Assembly: GCA_040954595.2 (NCBI GenBank)
Contig: CM082593.2
Location: 6,915,943 to 6,979,942 of the forward strand
Direction: 5' to 3'
DNA: 64,000 nucleotides
From: Balanoglossus misakiensis
Taxonomy: Eukaryota; Animalia; Hemichordata
In this document: positions 25,689 to 44,800 of the stretch, in pieces
Numbering within the stretch: position 1 is the first letter of the stretch
How the letters are laid out: each line of letters starts with the position of its first letter
Program-made: the position numbers and the translations under genes
Notes under the pieces: generated by a model
Database searches by the model: none
Told to the model about the DNA's origin: nothing
Seen by the model: only the letters and a program-made list of their open reading frames with translations

Positions 25689-27419
25689 CTTGCTTGAGTT
25701 TTCGTTTTAACGTCAAACTGCAGGTGGAATTCTACCACGTCCCGTCCACCAGGTGTGCCAAATTACTTCCTACAGTGGACGTTAACCGTTGACCTCAGCT
25801 CTGCAAACGAGGTCAACGCAAGGTTCCCTAACTTCATAAAAGTTAGAAAGAAAATATGGGAAAATTTGTTATACGCACACTACTGTATACACTATATCAT
25901 TGTTTAAGTATATTATAATTTGTTTAAATTTGTCAGGAGGGACCTCGAATTTATAAATAATGACCGATCACATATCACAGGTGAGGCAGTTTAGTTTGGA
26001 TGCCTTTTACTCTAGAGGGCGCTCAAACAGCAAGAAGTCGGAAACTTTCGTGACAATCCGATCAGGAATCAAAGAAAGCCGACAAATTAACAGAAACAAC
26101 GTGGTTGATTAACATTCAAAGGAGACAAATACTTGGGGTTCTAGACAACAATGAACGAATAACAAACACACTGGTACTTATATAAATAATTAAACAAACA
26201 TAACCATTCTTCACAACAGCCTGTTTCAGCTGCTCTTTGAAAAAAAAGAGTAGGCCTATTAAAGACGTACACATGAGGAGATTTTTTGGCAAATATTGGC
26301 ATATTTGATATGAAAAATCGAAGCAGACATGAGTGGGCTGTGCATGTATTTTTTGTTAATAAAGTTTACGATTGGTGCCTGGTTATTAACAAGCTATTAA
26401 AAGTCCATACATGATACGGGATATATTGAAGTTTTCAAGAAAAGAAAAAAAGAAGTTAGAAATAAACTAAGAAGTGTGCTAGTTTTCCTATCAAAGAAAC
26501 AGTAACAGTGTCGCGAGACTCTTCATTTTTATTTAGAAATGATTTGGTGATATTTTTATGGTACACATGTAGTCCTATTGTTGTAAATTTAGCCCAGATG
26601 ACACGAAAGAGAACTTCAGTTGATTTGTCTCATGAAATACGTCTTGGTGAAAAAGGTAAAAGTGTGAAATTTGACAAATAAACAAACAAACAAAATTGTA
26701 AAAGTGCGCTGCCCCTTCCAACTTCATAGCACCTGTATTTCTGTTAAAAGATGTCACGTACAGTCGGATAATTTATAATTCAAGGAGACTATAGCACGCA
26801 TGCACTGGGCGCGGCGAATTCTCTGAATGTCAAGCGCCATCAGAGGCGCCCTTTATTGTAACAAGGGAATCCCGTTGTATTCAAGGACATCATACTGACC
26901 TCGTTCAAGAATAAATAAATAACTTTAAAACGAAACAAAAAAATCGCCTGCAATTTTCTATTTTCTTATTTTCATCTTTCCTTTCAATGTAGAATACGAC
27001 GTACGGCGATGTTTTGGTGTTATTATAAGTTCAAAGGAACCCAACTCAAACAATGTAGCAGTCCTGTTAGCGAGACTACATGGTTAATCTACCTTTATTA
27101 ATCCGCTGGAACTATTTTTTAGTCAAATATCTTGTCGAACTGTAAGTAATACTTCTGTGTCTGTTATTTCTTAACCATGAAGTAATATGCCATAGATGTG
27201 TTATCGTCAGAAAAAATTGTCTTATTTTGTGTGATTGAAACGTAAAATTTTGTTGTCAAGTTACAGTGTCACGTGATAGGAATAACTGGTACTACTTTCA
27301 TATCTGGTCGGCCATACTTGTTCGGCGAAAACGTTCGTGAAAAACCGTATCTGAGAACGCTCATTGTCTTTGCCATCCAACTTCAGCGCTAGTTCGTTTA
27401 TTACAAACAGACACATACC
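25689..27419. promoter_or_regulatory. Divergent CISD/UBE2D promoter interval
   Basis: Head-to-head start codons 1.7 kb apart. Locally CpG-rich near 26800-27750. E-box GTCACGTGAT at about 27268, YY1-like GGCCATACTT at about 27310 and CTCF-like ACTCTAGAGGGCGCT at about 26009. Confidence 0.55.
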
Positions 27420-32114
<4,695 letters not shown>

Positions 32115-34329
32115 CTTGCTTTTTGGAATATGGACAAGTACTTGACTGCTGGGAAATTTTCTTTATACCAAGATCTGTGGATATGGCCGCCACCAACCGA
32201 TTCGACTCCCCTCTCATCATCATCCTGGTGTATGCATTTGTACAGACGTTGTAACACAGACTGCCACAATCCTGAAAAAAAAAATGAAAAAATTAACGGC
32301 TGCATCACAAAGCATTTTGTGTGGTTTTCTTTGAACTTATTTGTGTTCAGTTGAAGTAGAGGTGTTATAAGCCATGTGGAAATGATTAAAAAAAAGTCTG
32401 ATTTGATGATCATACTCGTTTACAAAAATTAAAATGATCGCGTTACTTGCGCGATTTAACTGAAGTTGACATGTCTTTAGTGGTAGAAAGATAAGCGGGG
32501 TGGTTGCACAGAAGTTCAAAAACACTACGCAGAATTGTGGTGGTGATACTTTGATAAGACATGAAAACTGTTACACACTCCGGGAATCTCTTTGATATAT
32601 AACCATCACAAGACTCACATGTACATAAAGTATATATTGGACATGCCCTTCACAGAAACGAGACACTCCTGAAAAAAAAAATCCTTCAATAAAACATTCA
32701 TTTAAGTCTTTGTCAAAATCTGCTATGTCTTTACAAATTAAGTGTCATCTTCCCCATAAAAGTGTTGTGGAGCTAGTTGCAAGTTTTGAAAAGTAAGTAA
32801 ACCCTGCTCATTTAGATTTGGGAGTCTGTTAATTATTTGTCTTGCGATGACATCCATGTCAGTCAGTTTCTACCAGGGCATATTTTTTGCGCCTTTTTTT
32901 TTGTAAAAAAAAAATTCACGAAAGGAGACTGTAAGGTGTGTCAGTAGAAACGTGTGCTTGCTGGTATTAGTCTTTTTTTAATATCACATAGTCTTGTTAA
33001 ATCCATTTCAAAACTGACTGACAGGGGTGTTTACGGCCATTGATTCATTCATTCATTCATTCAAGACTTGATTTCCCTTCCTTCCTGGAGGGACTAAATC
33101 ATCAGAGCCAAGTTGCAGTGTCTGTTCGCTGTACCCCCTTTATACCAGTAAAAATCTTTCTCACTAATGTATAAATTTCTTTGCCAACACCCGTTTTCTG
33201 TACAATCTTATAAAAGTGAAATAGATAACATTTTTTTTGTTTGTCTGGATTTGTAATTCTGTTGTTTGTCTTTGATGCAGAGTCTGCTGGTGGTGGCGTG
33301 GGTGTGGTAAGGTATGTGCAATTGGAATGTGAGGGGGTAAATTTTGTGTGCACACACGTCTGGTTTACAAATGACCCAAGCAGCTGTCAGAACTAGCCAG
33401 CTGGATGGATGGATGGATACCTGAATTTGGAGGAAAGGAAGAAAAGCGAGTTCTTAGTGTATCAGGTTGGTCACCCCCTGGGCATTGCCAATCACCGTTA
33501 GCGCGAGGGTCTGTGGTTGGCCGGGAAAATATCCACCTGGACAGAGTGATTATACTATCTTTCTTCACAAGTATTAATTTTTCCGGAGTGGCATGGCCTT
33601 ATTGAGAATGATCTTGTTTGGTGGGCCTTTGAAAAAATGCCAGGAATCTATTAGCAATTTCTACCCTACCACAGACATGCTCATCTTCGTAAACCAGTTG
33701 AGTTCCCATGTATATTCAGTCCGCGACTACCTCTGTTTGTAGAGTAGATTGACCCAACCAAGCCATGCACATCATATCAGCTGATGCCCCTAAAACTATA
33801 AATGCTTCCAAATTATGTAATTATATTTAGGTCAAAAGTCACCCAGTACAGAAATTTTCATTCCAAACACAGGTCCACTTCAAACAAAAATCCCCAATAT
33901 ATATTATATCCCTGTTGAGTGTAGCCTGTCATTTGATTTATGCATAAATAATTAATCTGATAAGAAATAATCATGGCATACTTGACCAAGAATATTAAAA
34001 TACATTTATTATTAAAATATATAGCATGCATAGTAATTCAGAAATCTCAACTCGAGAATAAATATTAATTTAGGTCATCCCAAGTTATATTCACAGCAAA
34101 CATTTTTTTTCAACTGATAGCAATTGTTCCATTAGGCATAATATGAGAGGATAAACATAGGTCAGATTATAATATTAATACAGATAATTCTAGGCAAGGC
34201 TCAGACATTCTCGCAATCGTATAAGATGGGCGTCAGTGTACAAAAACTGAAGGAAAACAATCGAAAATCAACGTACGTTCTTGTAGACCTTTTAATATAA
34301 ACTAAGAATGAAAACAATGTGAAGATGAG

Positions 34330-34391
34330 GTATGTATGTATGTATGTATGTATGTATGCGTGTGTTTGTATGTATGTACATGTATGTATAC
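34330..34391. repeat. (TATG)n microsatellite
   Basis: GTATGTATGTATGTATGTATGTATGTATG followed by degenerate units. Confidence 0.85.
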
Positions 34392-34908
34392 ATCATATTG
34401 TATTTCCCCATTTGTTTACACCTGAAGAGTGTGTAAGAAAATCTGCTGGCAACGATGAATTTTAATTATTAAAGACCTATATTTTTAGGAGGTACACACT
34501 GATTCCCAATGGCGCGGAAGAAGGTTCCTGTTTGTCACCTTCTCTTGGTGAAGACCAGTGGCAGGGCAAGCCATCACTCGGAAATCATCAGTGGTCGAAA
34601 TTTCATGTTTTCAATTTAAATCACAGAAAAAATTAAAATAACCAGCATTGACTTTATTTACACCAGAGAAAATATAAATACAAAAGTGATAAAAGTCTGA
34701 TCTTACACAGTCCCACGAACAAGTCGAAATATAATTTACCCAAATTTCACTTCATTTGAAGTCCTACAATATAAACCTACACAGTATAATACCGTCAGTA
34801 TGTTTCAAAACACTGATAACAATAGTCATAGGTCGTCTTTTTGTCATTTGGTATATGTTGTTTTTCTTGGGGATTTCATTACAAAATAGACTTTAGTATA
34901 AATGCTCC

Positions 34909-34952
34909 TAGCCTAGTATCTAGCCATATTTTGTCCACTAGATACTAGGCTA
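34909..34952. mobile_element. 44-bp micro-MITE: perfect 15-bp TIR with 9-bp target-site duplication
   Basis: AAATGCTCC [TAGCCTAGTATCTAG ccatattttgtcca CTAGATACTAGGCTA] AAATGCTCC. Confidence 0.85.
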
Positions 34953-35602
34953 AAATGCTCCATGTTAAATTGTTGTTGTTGGAAGATCTTACTTCACAAG
35001 AACTGATCTTGATGAAACCTTAGACCTCGTGCTCTTCTTGAAAGTCTATGTAAAATGTCTCTGAGGGAAAAATCCATTATCGTATGTGTCATAAATGCAT
35101 CTATTTCTGCATAAATGGATCATCTGTACAGCAAATATGAAATACTAGACCACTGTGTTAATATTATGTGAAATTTTAGATCTGCCCACATTACAAAATT
35201 TGATGGAGCAGAAAATATTAATTAATTACGCTAGCTTGAAAGAAAATTTAGTCTATGAAGTGTAGCAAAGGTAATCTTTTTATTTGATCAGTAATTAACA
35301 TGCAAAGACACACAATTAACATAATATTTCTAATTACTCTCTAACAAGCTGTTCTATTTTTGGTTAAACAATAGGGAAGGGGGCTGTATCATCTGTACCA
35401 AAAGGTACCAGCCAATTTGGAAACTCACATGTGTTCCATAGTGTTGTTACATTGTTGGAATCTGCCATGTACCTAACATTTTTGTAACATTCTTGTTACA
35501 AAATAATTGTAAATATGTCACTGGAGTGTCATTATTCATCCAAGAAAATCTGCTGATGTTTTCTTGATTTTAGATGTTTTGTACGACAGCAACCGTCTTC
35601 CT

Positions 35603-38287
<2,685 letters not shown>

Positions 38288-38847
38288 GTTTTCAGCTAGC
38301 TCCTTTAGAGTCGGTGTTCAAGTTCGCAATACACCACACAACAATGTTCGTCGCAGGTCATTTTCTGGAATGATTACTCATGTTCTATAAATAGAAGTTA
38401 ATTTATTCAGGTTACTGCCAGAGAGTGAATGAAAGTTTGATGGTAGTCTGTTAATGTTTGACAAACAAACAAAACAAAAACAAATACACTGCGAGTCGAC
38501 AAATACAAGGTTTGTAAACAAATCAATATAATTTATGTAGTAATAATAGCAAAAGTGAAAAAGAAACTGCAAAATGTTAATGGCAACTTGTCTATGCTTG
38601 AAGCATCATCTATGCTATAGCTATAAATGCCTATTCAAAAATACGCCCTCATCAACCGAGAACATACGCATATTAAATTTTTGGACATTTTTCATCGGCT
38701 ATAAGTCATGAAAAGTGTCAATATATGACACATGTCCGACTTTGGGAAATTTGGTAATTTTATCATGTAAGGACATTTTTCATGAAAAAAACATGTCGGA
38801 AATATGTCAATCATATTTTGACATTTTTATGGCCTATAAGCCATGAA

Positions 38848-41800
38848 AAATTTCTTCATTTTTTGATAAAAATCATGGGTTATAGCTCATGAAAATCATC
38901 CAAAAATGACCATTTTTCGACTTTCCGAAAGATCAAACTTTCTTCATTTTTTGATAAAAATCATGGGTTATAGCCCATGAAAATCACCCCAAAATGACGA
39001 TTTTTCGACTTTGCGAAATATCAAAATTTCTTCATTTTTTTGAAAAAATCATGGGTTATAGCCCATGAAAATCATCCAAAAATGACCATTTTTCGACTTT
39101 GCGAGATATCAAAATTTCTTCATTTTTTTGAAAAAATCATGGGTTATAGCCCATGAAAATCATCCAAAAATGACGATTTTTCCACTTTGCGAGATATCAA
39201 AATTTCTTCATTTTTTTGAAAAAATCATGGGTTATAGCCCATGAAAATCATCCAAAAATGACGATTTTTCGACTTTGCGAGATATCAAAATTTCTTCATT
39301 TTTTTGAAAAAATCAAGGGTTATAGCCCATGAAAATCATCCAAAATTGACGATTTTTCGACTTTGCGAGATATCAAAATTTCTTCATTTTTTTGAAAAAA
39401 TCATGGGTTATAGCCCATGAAAATCATCCAAAATTGACGATTTTTCGACTTTGCGAGATATCAAAATTTCTTCATTTTTTTTGAAAAAATCATGGGTTAT
39501 AGCCCATGAAAATCATCCAAAAATGACGATTTTTCGACTTTGCGAGATATCAAAATTTCTTCATTTTTTTTGAAAAAATCATGGGAATCATCCAAAAATG
39601 ACGATTTTTCGACTTTGCGAGATATCAAAATTTCTTCATTTTTTTGAAAAAATCATGGGTTACAGCCCATGAAAATCATCCAAAAATGACGATTTTTCGA
39701 CTTTGCGAGATATCAAAATTTCTTCATTTTTTGAAAAAATCATGGGTTATAGCCCATGAAAATCATCCAAAAATGACGATTTTTCGACTTTGCGAGATAT
39801 CAAAATTTCTTCATTTTTTGAAAAAATCATGGGTTATAGCCCATGAAAATCATCCAAAAATGACGATTTTTCGACTTTGCGAGATATCAAAATTTCTTCA
39901 TTTTTTTGAAAAAATCATGGATTATAGCCCATGAAAATCATCCCAAAATGACAATTTTTCGACTTTGCGAGATATCAAAATTTCTTCATTTTTTTGAAAA
40001 AATCATGGGTTATAGCCCATGAAAATCATCCAAAATTGACGATTTTTTGACTTTGCGAGATATCAAAATTTCTTCATTTTTTTGAAAAAATCATGGGTTA
40101 TAGCCCATGAAAATCATCCAAAAATGACGATTTTTCGACTTTGCGAGATATCAAAATTTCTTCATTTTTTTGAAAAAATCATGGGTTATAGCCCATGAAA
40201 ATCATCCAAAAATGACGATTTTTCGACTTTGCGAGATATCAAAATTCCTTCATTTTTTTGAAAAAATCATGGGTTATAGCCCATGAAAATCATCCAAAAA
40301 TGACCATTTTTCGACTTTGCGAGATATCAAAATTTCTTCATTTTTTTGAAAAAATCATGGGTTATAGCCCATGAAAATCATCCAAAAATGACGATTTTTC
40401 CACTTAGCGAGATATCAAAATTTCTTCATTTTTTTGAAAAAATCATGGGTTATAGCCCATGAAAATCATCCAAAATTGACGATTTTTCGACTTTGCGAGA
40501 TATCAAAATTTCTTCATTTTTTTGAAAAAATCATGGGTTATAGCCCATGAAAATCATCCAAAAATGACGATTTTTCGACTTTGCGAGATATCAAAATTTC
40601 TTCATTTTTTTGAAAAAATCATGGGTTATAGCCCATGAAAATCATCCAAAAATGACGATTTTTCGACTTTGCGAGATATCAAAATTTCTTCATTTTTTTT
40701 GAAAAAATCATGGGAATCATCCAAAAATGACGATTTTTCGACTTTGCGAGATATCAAAATTTCTTCATTTTTTTGAAAAAATCATGGGTTACAGCCCATG
40801 AAAATCATCCAAAAATGACGATTTTTCGACTTAGCGAGATATCAAAATTTCTTCATTTTTTGAAAAAATCATGGGTTATAGCCCATGAAAATCATCCAAA
40901 AATGACGATTTTTCGACTTTGCGAGATATCAAAATTTCTTCATTTTTTGAAAAAATCATGGGTTATAGCCCATGAAAATCATCCAAAAATGACGATTTTT
41001 CGACTTTGCGAGATATCAAAATTTCTTCATTTTTTTGAAAAAATCATGGATTATAGCCCATGAAAATCATCCCAAAATGACAATTTTTCGACTTTGCGAG
41101 ATATCAAAATTTCTTCATTTTTTTGAAAAAATCATGGGTTATAGCCCATGAAAATCATCCAAAATTGACGATTTTTTGACTTTGCGAGATATCAAAATTT
41201 CTTCATTTTTTTGAAAAAATCATGGGTTATAGCCCATGAAAATCATCCAAAAATGACGATTTTTCGACTTTGCGAGATATCAAAATTTCTTCATTTTTTT
41301 GAAAAAATCATGGGTTATAGCCCATGAAAATCATCCAAAAATGACGATTTTTCGACTTTGCGAGATATCAAAATTCCTTCATTTTTTTGAAAAAATCATG
41401 GGTTATAGCCCATGAAAATCATCCAAAAATGACCATTTTTCGACTTTGCGAGATATCAAAATTTCTTCATTTTTTTGAAAAAATCATGGGTTATAGCCCA
41501 TGAAAATCATCCAAAAATGACGATTTTTCCACTTAGCGAGATATCAAAATTTCTTCATTTTTTTGAAAAAATCATGGGTTATAGCCCATGAAAATCATCC
41601 AAAATTGACGATTTTTCGACTTTGCGAGATATCAAAATTTCTTCATTTTTTTGAAAAAATCATGGGTTATAGCCCATGAAAATCATCCAAAAATGACGAT
41701 TTTTCGACTTTGCGAGATATCAAAATTTCTTCATTTTTTTGAAAAAATCATGGGTTATAGCCCATGAAAATCATCCAAAAATGACGATTTTTCGACTTTG

Positions 41801-44800
41801 CGAGATATCAAAATTTCTTCATTTTTTTTGAAAAAATCATGGGTTATAGCCCATGAAAATCATCTAAAAATGACGATTTTTCGACTTTGCGAGATATCAA
41901 AATTCCTTCATTTTTTTGAAAAAATCATGGGTTATAGCCCATGAAAATCATCCAAAAATGACGATTTTTCCACTTTGCGAGATATCAAAATTTCTTCATT
42001 TTTTTGAAAAAATCATGGGTTATAGCCCATGAAAATCATCCAAAATTGACGATTTTTCGACTTTGCGAGATATCAAAATTTCTTCATTTTTTTGAAAAAA
42101 TCATGGGTTATAGCCCATGAAAATCATCCAAAAATGACGATTTTTCGACTTTGCGAGATATCAAAATTTCTTCATTTTTTTGAAAAAATCATGGGTTATA
42201 GCCCATGAAAATCATCCAAAAATGACGATTTTTCGACTTTGCGAGATATCAAAATTTCTTCATTTTTTTGAAAAAATCATGGGTTATAGCCCATGAAAAT
42301 CATCCAAAAATGACGATTTTTCGACTTTGCGAGATATCAAAATTTCTTCATTTTTTTGAAAAAATCATGGGTTATAGCCCATGAAAATCATCCAAAAATG
42401 ACGATTTTTCGACTTTGCGAGATATCAAAATTTCTTCATTTTTTTGAAAAAATCATGGGTTATAGCCCATGAAAATCATCCAAAAATGACGATTTTTCCA
42501 CTTTGCGAGATATCAAAATTTCTTCATTTTTTTGAAAAAATCATGGGTTATAGCCCATGAAAATCATCCAAAAATGACGATTTTTCGACTTTGCGAGATA
42601 TCAAAATTTCTTCATTTTTTTGAAAAAATCATGGGTTATAGCCCATGAAAATCATCCAAAAATGACGATTTTTCCACTTTGCGAGATATCAAAATTTCTT
42701 CATTTTTTTGAAAAAATCATGGGTTATAGCCCATGAAAATCATCCAAAATTGACGATTTTTCGACTTTGCGAGATATCAAAATTTCTTCATTTTTTTGAA
42801 AAAATCATGGGTTATAGCCCATGAAAATCATCCAAAATTGACGATTTTTCGACTTTGCGAGATATCAAAATTTCTTCATTTTTTTGAAAAAATCATGGGT
42901 TATAGCCCATGAAAATCATCCAAAAATGACGATTTTTCGACTTTGCGAGATATCAAAATTTCTTCATTTTTTTGAAAAAATCATGGGTTATAGCCCATGA
43001 AAATCATCCAAAAATGACGATTTTTCGACTTTGCGAGATATCAAAATTTCTTCATTTTTTTTGAAAAAATCATGGGTTATAGCCCATGAAAATCATCCAA
43101 AAATGACGATTTTTCGACTTTGCGAGATATCAAAATTCCTTCATTTTTTTGAAAAAATCATGGGTTATAGCCCATGAAAATCATCCAAAATTGACGATTT
43201 TTCGACTTTGCGAGATATCAAAATTTCTTCATTTTTTTGAAAAAATCATGGGTTATAGCCATGAAAATCATCCAAAAATGACGATTTTTCCACTTTGCGA
43301 GATATCAAAATTTCTTCATTTTTTTGAAAAAATCATGGGTTATAGCCCATGAAAATCATCCAAAATTGACGATTTTTCGACTTTGCGAGATATCAAAATT
43401 TCTTCATTTTTTTGAAAAAATCATGGGTTATAGCCCATGAAAATCATCCAAAAATGACGATTTTTCGACTTTGCGAGATATCAAAATTTCTTCATTTTTT
43501 TGAAAAAATCATGGGTTATAGCCCATGAAAATCATCCAAAAATGACGATTTTTCGACTTTGCGAGATATCAAAATTTCTTCATTTTTTTGAAAAAATCAT
43601 GGGTTATAGCCCATGAAAATCATCCAAAAATGACGATTTTTCGACTTTGCGAGATATCAAAATTTCTTCATTTTTTTGAAAAAATCATGGGTTATAGCCC
43701 ATGAAAATCATCCAAAATTGACCATTTTTCGACTTTGCGAGATATCAAAATTTCTTCATTTTTTTGAAAAAATCATGGGTTATAGCCCATGAAAATCATC
43801 CAAAAATGACGATTTTTCGACTTTGCGAGATATCAAAATTTCTTCATTTTTTTGAAAATATCATGGGTTATAGCCCATGAAAATCATCCAAAAATGACGA
43901 TTTTTCGAATTTGCGAGATATCAAAATTTCTTCATTTTTTTGAAAAAATCATGGGTTATAGCCCATGAAAATCATCCAAAAATGACGATTTTTCGACTTT
44001 GCGAGATATCAAAATTTCTTCATTTTTTTTGAAAAAAATCATGGGTTATAGCCCATGAAAATCATCCAAAAATGACGATTTTTCGACTTTGCGAGATATC
44101 AAAATTCCTTCATTTTTTTGAAAAAATCATGGGTTATAGCCCATGAAAATCATCCAAAATTGACGATTTTTCGACTTTGCGAGATATCAAAATTTCTTCA
44201 TTTTTTTGAAAAAATCATGGGTTATAGCCCATGAAAATCATCCAAAAATGACGATTTTTCCACTTTGCGAGATATCAAAATTTCTTCATTTTTTTGAAAA
44301 AATCATGGGTTATAGCCCATGAAAATCTTCCAAAAATGACGATTTTTCGACTTTGCGAGATATCAAAATTTCTTCATTTTTTTGAAAAAATCATGGGTTA
44401 TAGCCCATGAAAATCATCCAAAAATGACGATTTTTCGACTTTGCGAGATATCAAAATTTCTTCATTTTTTTTAAAAAATCATGGGTTATAGCCCATGAAA
44501 ATCATCCAAAATTGACGATTTTTCCACTTTGCGAGATATCAAAATTTCTTCATTTTTTTGAAAAAATCATGGGTTATAGCCCATGAAAATCATCAAAAAT
44601 TGACGATTTTTCCACTTTGCGAGATATCAAAATTTCTTCATTTTTTTGAAAAAATCATGGGTTATAGCCCATGAAAATCATCCAAAAATGACGATTTTTC
44701 CACTTTGCGAGATATCAAAATTTCTTCATTTTTTTGAAAAAATCATGGGTTATAGCCCATGAAAATCATCCAAAAATGACGATTTTTCGACTTTGCGAGA

